Source: Octopus vulgaris
Lineage: Eukaryota
NCBI GenBank assembly: GCA_951406725.2
Contig: OX597815.1
Span: 86,428,001-86,492,000, forward strand
Length of the DNA: 64,000 bases
Reading direction: 5' to 3'
Positions 54,685 through 64,000 of this stretch are shown here, piece by piece; the first letter of the stretch is position 1, and the number at the start of each line of letters is the position of its first letter. The notes below the pieces were generated by a model. It saw only the letters and a list, made by a program, of their open reading frames with translations. It had not been told where the DNA came from and did no database searches. The position numbers and the translations under genes were made by a program.

Positions 54685-56370
54685 TTTCACTGACATTTCG
54701 GTCAGCATTTATCACTCCACTCTCACCATCTCCATCCACTATAAACACACAGACTCACACTCATATCTCAAATTCTGCTCCTCCCACCCTAAACGCACAA
54801 AGCTTTCCATTCCCTATTCCTAATTCCTCCTTCTATGCAGGCTCTGTAGTGACGACCATGACTTTCAGACTCAGTCTCAACTCATGGCTCGCCACTTCAT
54901 CCTATGTGGATATCCCCTCAACACTATCCACACCACCCTTATAAGAGCACGTTCCGTAGACCATGCATCTGCTTTCATCCCCGCATCCGCCCTGCGGTTA
55001 CCCGTCTTCCATTTTCCCTCACCTACCACTCCACCACCCTAATTCTCCAACGCACCATTCCCCGAGACTTTCGGCCATTCCAGTCTGACCCTCCACTTCG
55101 CACATCTTCCCTAACCGACCCCCTTCCTTCGAATGAACCCACTACATACGAGACCTCTTGGTCCACAGTTTCTTCCCTAACCCAACCTCCCAACACGGCT
55201 CGTTCCCTTGCTCCAGTCCACGCTTCCGCACTTGCCCATACCTCTCCGACAGCACTCTTCTAACCGGCACTCATCATCGACCTTATCATATCACCGACTC
55301 GTTCACCTGCACTTCTACAAATGTCATCTGCTGCATCTCCTGCCCTTCACTATACATCGGGTAAACGGGAGGCCGCTTGGCTAACCGATTAGCGGAACAT
55401 ATCCGAGACATCCAACTCGGCAATGACACACCGGTCCCTCGCCATTTCCGCTCTACCGTTCAGTCTTTGCAACAACTGTCTGTGTTCGGATTGTCCTTCC
55501 ACAGGGACAACCCGGACTCCTGTCTTCGCCGTGAACGGAGATTAATATACTCTCTTCGCTTCTTAGCGCCACAGGGACTCAACTCTCCGCGCCACTTCAT
55601 CTAAGCCTCATCCCCTCTCCTCTCTTCCTCTCACACCTACTTCGTCCCACCTCTCTTCACTTGCTCTGATCCCTACTTCTGATCCTCTGACTCCTACTCT
55701 CCTCTCTTCTCTTCACTCCTACCCCCTTCTCCCTTCCCCCTCTCCCTTCATCGTCACTCCTCACACGTAACCCCACCACAATCCTATCCAACCTTCCCTA
55801 TCCATCCCATTCCCTCATTCCATCCCTTACACCCACTCCCATATATCCCACCTCTACCACCAGCCTCAGCCTAACCCACACCCGGCCCTTGCTTTCCTCA
55901 CTCTCGCTTCCACCATATCCCAACACCACCACACCAAACTACACACCACCACACCAGACCACTATACCACACAACGCCACATCACACAACGCCACATCAC
56001 ACAACGCCACATCACACCACCACGCTAGCACACTGGCACTGACCACTTCCCAGCCCCACACCATCACCCACACCATCATCCAACACATACACATGCACAC
56101 ATCAAGGTCACCAACCCTCTTCCACATGCACATACATGCTATCTTATTCACACGCACGCGCACCTTCATTTTGGGATCACTACTGCTTTATTATCTCCCC
56201 TTCTCACTAGCTCTCCTGTGTGATCTCTCTGTCCGGCATTCGTCATTACAGATCGCTAGCCACTACACATGCTTTATTTTCTCTCTTTGTTTCTTTCTGT
56301 GTTCCTTTCTGTGGAAGAGCGTAGGCTCGAAACGTTAAACTTTTTCACTTACCGAGTGTTAAAGTAATAG
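54685..56370 (+). mobile_element. Penelope-like element (Neptune-type) 3' part with pseudo-LTR
   Basis: DISVSI..HYKHTDSHSYL..SSHP..SIPYS*FL..CS..GYP; GSFPCSSPRFRTCPY linker; FTCTSTNVICCISC..LYIG*T..RLAEH..PVPRHF..RERRLI..APQGLN (stop 55604); HHR at ~56305. Confidence 0.92.
56305..56340 (+). ncRNA. Degenerate hammerhead motif of the PLE pseudo-LTR
   Basis: cttt-CTGTGGA-a-gagc[gtag]gctc-GAAA-cg-TT-aaa. Confidence 0.55.
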
Positions 56371-56379
56371 GAGTCATGC

Positions 56380-56674
56380 GAAGTAGGGATCAGAGCAAGT
56401 GAAGAGAGGTGGGACGAAGTAGGTGTGAGAGGAAGAGAGGAGAGGGGATGAGGCTTAGATGAAGTGGCGCGGAGAGTTGAGTCCCTGTGGAGCTAAGAAG
56501 CGAAGAGAGTATATTAATCTCCGTTCACGGCGAAGACAGGAGTCCGGGTTGTCCCTGTGGAAGGACAATCCGAACACAGACAGTTGTTGCAAAGACTGAA
56601 CGGTAGAGCGGAAATGGCGAGGGACCGGTGTGTCATTGCCGAGTCGGATGTCTCGGATATGTTCCGCTAATCGG
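56380..56674 (-). repeat. Inverted duplication of 55385-55679 (GIY-YIG C-terminus)
   Basis: 295 bp; I see only about two mismatches; ORFs 55377-55604 and 56455-56679 are nearly identical. Confidence 0.95.
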
Positions 56675-56679
56675 AACAT

Positions 56680-57189
56680 CTGTGATGATCTGATCTGGGG
56701 GGGGGGGGCTATATTTTGGAAATCCCCTGGCCCAATGGTTTCCTTTCATTGCAGAATTAATAGTCAAGACTACTTAAGCATTTTATCTAATCAAATTTAG
56801 CCTACGGTTGCGTAACTGTTTCCGGAGGGAAACGCAATCTTTCAGGATGATAAATGCACCAATTCACACAGCTAAAATTGTTACTGAATGGCACGAGGAT
56901 CATTGTAGTGAAGTTGAGCATCTTATCTGTCTACCACAGTCTACATATCTCAATATTATTGAACATTTATGCTGCATTTTAGAAAAACAATTAAGGATTC
57001 AATATACTCCACTATCATAACTACAAGAACTGGAGACTGTTTTAGCTGAAGAATGGACAAAAATTCATTTGGAAACAAACCATACCTCGTAGAACTCAAG
57101 CTGTAATTACTACCAAGGCAGTCCTACCCCATATTAAAATAAATCTTTTTGAAATTTTAAGGTGTTTCCATTATTTTGTCCAATCCCTG
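56680..57189 (+). mobile_element. Tc1-like transposon 3' fragment
   Basis: WG..GPMV..INSQDYLSIL..IFQD..APIHTAK..W..PQSTYLNIIEHL; TIR ...gtttccattattttgtccaatccctg followed by TA. Confidence 0.9.
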
Positions 57190-57337
57190 TATATATACAT
57201 ATTTATATGTGTATGCACTTGCGCGTGAGTGTATGTGTATGCATCCGTGTGTGCATGCGCGCGCTTCAGTGTTTGCGTGCATGCGTGTGTATGCGCGCAC
57301 GTGTTTACTCGAAACGAAGTTAATATTTATGTTTGTA

Positions 57338-57720
57338 TTGCCCAAAGGGGGCTAACCATAGAGTAAACAAAGACAGACAAAGGGATTGAGTCGATTACGT
57401 CGACCCCAGTGCGTAACTGGTACATATTTAATCGACCCCGAAAGGATGAAAGGCAAATCCACCTCGGCGGAATTTGAACTCAGAGCGTAACGGCAGACGA
57501 AATGCCTATTTCTTTACTACCCACAAGGGGCTAAACACAGAGGGGACAAACAAGGACAGACAAACGGATTAAGTCGATTACATTGACTCCACTGCGTAAC
57601 TGGTACTTAATTTATCGACCCGAAAGGATGAAAGGCAAAGTCGACCTCGGCGGAATTTGAACTGAGAACGCAGCGGCAGACGAAATACCGCAAAGCATTT
57701 CACCCAACGTGCTAACGATA
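57338..57720 (-). mobile_element. Tandem 1.5-mer of the tRNA-derived SINE (GGTCGACTTTGCC family)
   Basis: aaggggcta..gacagacaaa..gtcgattac..gaaaggatgaaaggcaaa..ctcggcggaatttgaact occurs twice. Confidence 0.9.
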
Positions 57721-58848
57721 CGAAGTTAACATCATTGCCTCTGCCATGTCTTAGGGTTAAGTCCTTTATACAACTTTCTTAAAGTTGAATCACTTGATGT
57801 TTTGTAATTCCTGTTAAGCGTCATACACTTTACTAAATTGTAGTTCCCCGTGAAACAAAAGTAATACGATATTCTTAGATTGGATTGTGAATTTCATATA
57901 AATAACATCACAGAGCCGGACCGAGTTCCAATTCGACATAATCTTTCTTTATCTCAACACCAATAAAATTACTTCTAATAATATTCTGAAGTTGTTAAAT
58001 CAAATATATCGTTCCTCGGTGAAAGTTGGCGTTGTGCCTATGTCAAAAACCAATATTATGCTAATTAATTTATCATAACGCTCCGTCAAAACTGCATCTT
58101 GTCATTTCTAGCACTAACACGAATCTTTCTTCTAACAGTTCAGTAATCGTTAATGACGTAGGGAACTTTTTAGCAGCTCACTCATAAATAGATACCACCA
58201 AACAATTGAATTAAAAGATAAGAAGCTGAATGAATCGGAACAGGTTTCTTCATTGTTATACTATAAGATATTTTCTTTTATTCCTATTTTCCCTCCTCTG
58301 CTCTCTCTATTTTCTTTTTGTTAAGCAAGTCTGCTATCGTAATCAGGTGTTACAATTCTTACTTTCAATGTACTAGCTATTCCGTCTGGAATTGTGCAGT
58401 AAATGTTATGCTGATTACACATCGATAGAAAGAACTGGGCTATTCACTGAAGAATAATTCAAAGAATAAATAGCATCACATTCTGTCGTCATGCTTATTT
58501 TGAATCATTCTTTATCCTTTGCCAAATGTTAAATGCCAAGCCTGCTGAAAATACTTTCTGAAACATTGTAGAGAATCGTTGCCAAAATAAATATAAAACT
58601 GTTGGAGCCTATATTAAAAACATAACAGATTAGGCTCACTTACCTGTTAGACGCGGCCAATCTTACTGTATATTTTGCTGCTGCTTTTAATCTCTAATTC
58701 TTTTGCACCTCCATTTGAAAAATCTGATTCATTCATCTTATTTCTCGCTGTTTGCTATTCAACAATGTTATTTCCGGATTCTCTCTCGCTCTCTCTCTCT
58801 CTCTTCTTTTTCTATCTCATCGACCCTCTAGTATTTTATCGCCTATCT

Positions 58849-58910
<62 letters not shown>

Positions 58911-58999
58911 TCTCTCTCTCACACACACATATCCAAGTAAGAACCTCTTAGAATTTAAATTGTTTCTGATGGAAACACAAAGTCAGCAAGTTTTAGGGC

Positions 59000-59170
59000 T
59001 GGAGGTTAGTTTATCATCGACTGAAACACTTCACTTGTATTATATTTTATCATCTCAGAAAGGATGAAAGGCAAAATTGACATCGGCGATGTTTGAACTC
59101 AGAAAATAAGGAAGTGCTGCGAAGCGATTTTTACCATCGCTCTGATAATAATCCATAATCACTGCCTTGA
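59000..59170 (-). mobile_element. Degenerate SINE, same family
   Basis: gaaaggatgaaaggcaaaattgacatcggcgatgtttgaactcagaa. Confidence 0.65.
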
Positions 59171-59574
59171 GTATTTAATTGCGTAAAAGGTTTTATAAAT
59201 AATTTTGGTTAAACTTTGTTACGTAAATATTTTCAATACCACTTTGGTATTTTATTGTAAACACTTTAACTGCGAAATTTATTTCATAGTTATTCCAGTA
59301 ATGATGATAAATGTATATTGAAAAATTAGAATTGGTATTTTCTACAAGTCACGTTACCTCAATAGACCTGGCAAATATCATATCAAATATGATATTTTTC
59401 AACAAAAGAATATTATATAAAACTACCTTCCACAATAACAGGTTTAATACCATTTTATACACACGTGCAGAAGTTCAGATACATATGTACACGTGTATGT
59501 GTGTGTGTGTGTGTATGTGTGCGTGTGTGTATGGTATGTGATACACACATATCATGTGTATGATATCAAACATC

Positions 59575-60090
59575 ATCCAGTACTGGGGCCCTGATTCGGG
59601 AGTCCTTGGGTTTTCAAGGTGAGGAAAATCTGAGCCACAATTGCTCCTAGTACTAATCCGGTCTGTGTAATAGCTCCTGCCAGGTGCCCAGCTATGGGTT
59701 AATTAGCTTGTAACGGAATTACCGCCAGAAGAAGTTGACTTACAGACACCCCAAAGGCCCCAGTGCCAATGAGATCCTTCAGCTCTTTAGCCGTTTATCT
59801 AAGAGAAGACAACTCATTAGAAAGCATGAATCCTAATCACTAATGGGCTCGCGGCAGTTGTTGCACCAGACCAGTACAAGTTTGAAGGACAATAGTGTGG
59901 AACTGACTCTGCTCAAACCATGCCACAATAATATTCATTGTGCAGGTTGTTCAATAAACCAAGACACCGGGACCAACCATCAACGTTCTTCATAAGTTTA
60001 CTGGGATAGAAAAAGATGCGACAGGAATAGACAGGGGAAGGCTACTGGAAGTATTTATTGTTGACTTGCACACAGGCATGGTGGTCATTT
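59575..60090 (+). mobile_element. Possible RTE-derived non-autonomous element
   Basis: GC-balanced block with RTE 5'UTR-like stretches and a 3' end resembling the DR..WR..V C-terminus; recognised from memory only. Confidence 0.25.
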
Positions 60091-60752
60091 ATTTATATAT
60101 TTACTTTTCTTTTGTCGTTGCTGAGCCCTCATTCGAGGAAGCGACGAGGGAAACCACATATTTTATATACTCGTTTATATATTTTAGAAAAATTTCATTA
60201 TTAAACGATAAGAGAATGCTCGTTGTCTTAAAAATGGCATAATATAATATTTCTGTTCAATTGTCTGGGCATATTCAATCAAATTGCCCAGTTTGGTGGG
60301 CGCAGATAGCAATATGATCACTAGAGCAGTGGACTAATTATCTTGGAATCTGTAAGTTGTAACACTTAGTAATATTTAGAGGCGTATAATTGTTGTGTTG
60401 AGAACTTGGGAGTAGTAAGAAAGAAGATAATGGGAGAGACTTCGGCTGTTAGCCACATAATGGTAAAGAATATTTTAACCATCTTCATAATTATGGAAGT
60501 TTACATACAGTAATAACTTATGACGAATGTATAATTAATCAAATGTATATCCAGCGTATATAATCACTGAAATCAAAAGACTATAATATATATGTGTAAA
60601 GCAAAAAAACTCTCCTTTTCCTCCGGGTTCACAGTTTGTCAATGAAACTTTGGGGGCTTCAGAGCCCTAAAATTCTTTTCATTTAGTATATCATATACAT
60701 TTCTTACATTATTTACAGTTGACGGATATTTGTCCTCTTCTTGTTTATTGGT

Positions 60753-60799
60753 AACACAACGTTTCGGCCGATCATACCTTCCAGCTTTCATCAGGTGTT
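60753..60799 (-). ncRNA. Type-I hammerhead ribozyme with intact core
   Basis: Minus strand: aacac-CTGATGA-aagctgg[aaggtatga]tcggcc-GAAA-cg-TT-gtgtt; 5-bp stem I, palindromic stem III (AACGTT). Confidence 0.85.
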
Positions 60800-60876
60800 T
60801 TGGGTAAAATTTCGAACCTGGGTTCTCATTCCTTAAGTATTTTTCGATGTTGTTGTTGTTGTTGTTTTTTTTTTTA

Positions 60877-60952
<76 letters not shown>

Positions 60953-61010
60953 TATTATTATTGTTGTTTTTATTATTATTATCATTATTATTATTATTAT
61001 TATTATTATT

Positions 61011-61849
61011 CAGTAGTTTTATTTTTATAGCGTGCTTTCACTTCACTACCGAGCGCAGCTCTGTGTGCCTTGGGTATGTGCTGTGATTTGTTGTGATGCT
61101 CTGATGGTTATTGTATGGAAAGTGTTCTGCGTAGGATGTGTGCAGTGCCTAGTAGTGCAATTTTCTGTATGTTATATGTGTTTGTAAGTCCTGGTGTTTT
61201 TGTTATGTATTTGTATGAATATTTTTTTATCATGCCTAATGCACCTACTATGATAGGAATTGTTTCTGTTTTCAGGTTCCACATTCTAGTTATCTCTATT
61301 TCCAGGTCTTTGTATTTTGAGAGTTTCTCCATTTCTTTTAGAGACACGTTGTCATCTGCCGGTATTGATACATCAATTAGAAAGCATTTTTTTCTTCATG
61401 ATCTCTGACAACTATATCTGGTCTGTTGGCCTTAATTTCTCTATCTGTGTGTATCGGCATATCCCAGAGTATGGTTGCTTTCTCGTTTTCTGTGACCTTT
61501 TCTGGTGTGTGCCTATACCATCTTTTTTCTGTTGTTATTCCATAATATTGGCATAGCTTCCAATGTATGTAGGTTCCAACTCTGTCATGTCTGTGAATAT
61601 ATTCCTTCTTAGCCAGGACTGGGCAGCTAGAGATAATATGATTTATTGTTTCTTGTCCATCTCCACATATTCTGCAGTTACTTGTAATATTTCTTTTCAT
61701 TACATGTTTTTGGTAATTTCTGGTGGGGAGGCTTTGGTCTTGTGCTGCAATTAAAAATCCTTCTGTTTCTGCTTTGAGTCCTGAGCTTCTCAACCATTGC
61801 TGGGATTTTTCTTTGTCTATTTCTTTTGCGTTTAGTTTAGTGCGTTTAG

Positions 61850-61850
<1 letters not shown>
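61011..61850 (-). mobile_element. R4/Dong-type LINE 3' part (CCHC zinc knuckle and PD-D RLE) inserted in (AAT)n
   Basis: LKAETEGFLIAAQDQ..CRICG..ETINHIISSC..RHD..WD..RPDIVV..LIDVSIP..EKLSKYKDL..IVGALG..GTAHILRR; one frameshift at ~61390. Confidence 0.95.
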
Positions 61851-61912
<62 letters not shown>

Positions 61913-61919
61913 GTTATTG

Positions 61920-61999
<80 letters not shown>

Positions 62000-62005
62000 G
62001 TTATT

Positions 62006-62086
62006 ATTCAGGTCACTTCCTGCAATCGAACTCGGATTCTTGGGGTTAGTAGTCTGCAGCGCTCTTAACCACTACGCCATATGCCC
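62006..62086 (-). ncRNA. tRNA-like head with Pol III A/B boxes, left arm (not a functional tRNA)
   Basis: Minus strand GGGCATATGGCGTAGTGGTTAAGAGCGC..CTACTAACCCC..CCGAGTTCGATT. Confidence 0.8.
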
Positions 62087-62088
62087 GA

Positions 62089-62166
62089 GGGCATATGGCG
62101 TAGTGGTTAAGAGCGCGGGCTGCTAACCCCAAAATTCCAAGTTCGATTCCAAGCAGTGATCTGAAT
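62089..62166 (+). ncRNA. tRNA-like head with Pol III A/B boxes, right arm (not a functional tRNA)
   Basis: A box TGGCGTAGTGG; anticodon-like arm GGG-CTGCTAA-CCC; B box AGTTCGATTCC; no acceptor-stem 3' strand. Confidence 0.8.
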
Positions 62167-62221
62167 AATAATAATAACATCGAGAAATACCTTAGGAGTG
62201 AGAACCCAGGTTCGAAATTTC

Positions 62222-62266
62222 CCCAAGTTGAAGGTTGGAGGGTATATCAGCTGAAACGTTGTGTTA
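62222..62266 (+). ncRNA. Hammerhead remnant, right arm (stem I 5' strand and CTGA deleted)
   Basis: ccccaag[deletion]ttgaa-ggttgg[agggtata]tcagct-GAAA-cg-TT-gtgtt, compared with the left arm. Confidence 0.75.
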
Positions 62267-62436
62267 ACAACAAACAAGATGAGGACAAATATCCGTAAAT
62301 TGTAAATAATGTAGATAATGTACATAATTCCTCATCTCTTAAATATAGAACTTCAGTATATCACATAACGGATAACCAAATATATCTCGAGGTAAAAAAA
62401 TTAAAATGTCCGTGGCAGGTAAGTTTCACACTTGCA

Positions 62437-62437
<1 letters not shown>

Positions 62438-62498
<61 letters not shown>

Positions 62499-62512
62499 TT
62501 AATAATAATAAC

Positions 62513-62580
<68 letters not shown>

Positions 62581-62605
62581 TGATGATGATGATGATAATA
62601 ATAAT
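62438..62605. repeat. (AAT)n/(GAT)n microsatellite
   Basis: Direct. Confidence 0.95.
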
Positions 62606-62606
62606 A

Positions 62607-63132
62607 CTCATGGCTTCTGATCTTAACTGATGGAAGTGTTATCATGTACATTGTTTTGTCTTGGTATAAAAGATGGACTACAGCAAATATTCTGCTCAAT
62701 ACCATAGATTTGCTTGTCAGTTGTTTGACCTTAACCAGTTGAGCATGTCCCTTAGTGGCTGACAATACGTGCATCTCTGATCACGGGCAGAAGTAGTGGG
62801 GAAGCATCATAGCCATGTGTTGAGAGGGATTATTTGGGGTTTTAATAATTCACCTTTGGAAACATGGGTGTTTCGTTCAACATCCTAAAGCAACCCTTAT
62901 TCAGGGACCTTTTGAGCAGGATGGGCTACTCAACCTGAAGAAAATTCTAACTGGGCCCCACCTGCAAGGTCATGTGCTGTTTATCTTGATATGAGATCAC
63001 CATGTCGCGCACATATGGTTGTGATACATGTGCCTGGTGTACCCTTATCAGACGGGTAGTCATGATGGGTATGCTGGGCTTTGTATATTTTACCCCAGTG
63101 TCACTTTGATGGCATGCACTGCTCTCTCACAC
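62607..63132 (+). mobile_element. ~530-bp non-coding interspersed repeat, copy 3
   Basis: Homologous to 1397-1927; (AAT)n on both sides. Confidence 0.9.
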
Positions 63133-63198
<66 letters not shown>

Positions 63199-63219
63199 TA
63201 ATAATAATAAGAAGAAGAA

Positions 63220-63250
<31 letters not shown>

Positions 63251-63308
63251 AAGAAGAAGAAGAAGAAGAAGAAGAAGAAGAAGAAGAAGAAGAAGAAGAA
63301 GAAGAAGA
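63133..63308. repeat. Compound (AAT)n-(GAA)n microsatellite
   Basis: Direct. Confidence 0.95.
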
Positions 63309-64000
63309 GTCCAATGATATTGAAGCATCAGAAATAATAAGAATATTAGAATAAATGACTTAAAATATTTAATTTTATGATTTGACATTCTAAGTTCGGA
63401 ATGCCAATATACACAATTTTGAGGGGTTAAACGTTATGTTTATCTTCTAGCATCAATTAAATAATTACTACTTATCTAATATAGTTGAATTCATTAACTA
63501 TACCCTTGTTTAGGTCGACTTCTTCCAGAGAAAAGTCCATCAGCATATTCACAAATTTAACAACTTTGACAGTCACATTGATTTTGAACTTGAACACTGC
63601 GTCTTCACCTGATCTCTTTCTTTGCATGACTGTTTTCGAAACTTGTTTAAGATGAAGTAAGTTTCGACAGAATATATGGGTCAACAGGGATCTGTTTGCA
63701 CAATACGAGTCAGAACCAACAATGCATACAAAATTAAACTTCTCGGAGATAGAAACAGAATTAGAGAGGCATGAGAGAAATTTCTGAACACCATGAACTT
63801 CCAGAAGATGGCAAAAGGCAACAGCAACTTACCATCCTTCGCCAAACACACCATGTTTACAATATATACATATATATATATAAAAGGAAGGGTAGCATTT
63901 CCAGAGATGGCATACACTTACTGAGACTGCATTACTTTGTTGACGAAATAACTACTGCAATCTCTAGAAAGGGTCTAAACCTATAGATGAGGAAATTCAT

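Larger units (their letters stand above)
60698..62354. mobile_element. Palindromic element: two divergent tRNA-like heads, each followed by (AAT)n and a hammerhead-containing body; 13-bp TSD; left arm interrupted by a LINE
   Basis: Axis GA at 62087-62088; 62006-62086 pairs with 62089-62166; 60698-60849 pairs with 62178-62320; TSD agtatatca(t/c)ata at 60685-60697 and 62355-62367. Confidence 0.9.

Noticed and set aside
62089-62166. Functional tRNA-Ser(GCT) gene
   Set aside because: There is no acceptor-stem 3' strand, the T stem is unpaired, the long variable arm is missing, and the mirrored copy has a different anticodon (ACT). It is a repeat head.

Overview
AT-rich, repeat-dominated animal genomic DNA, most likely an octopus or other coleoid cephalopod. 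This is inferred from the tRNA-derived SINE families, which resemble octopus repeats as I recall them, and from the very high AAT/AT/AC microsatellite density. I found no intact host gene. Most listed ORFs are microsatellite artefacts. The window is a mosaic of decayed mobile elements: at least five Penelope-like retroelement (PLE) remnants (RT and/or GIY-YIG), several R4/Dong-type RLE LINE pieces inserted in (AAT)n arrays, Tx1/L1-type pieces, Tc1/mariner and pogo-like DNA transposons, and many SINEs. The most notable signal is a set of small non-coding elements built around minimal type-I hammerhead ribozyme (HHR) motifs with palindromic stem III, often in fold-back form. The best case (60698-62354) has two head-to-head tRNA-like Pol III heads, each leading outward to an HHR motif, all inside a 13-bp target-site duplication (TSD). 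Some HHR cores carry compensatory swaps of the 3-8 tertiary pair (G3:C8, U3:A8). Boundaries of decayed elements were read by eye and are approximate.
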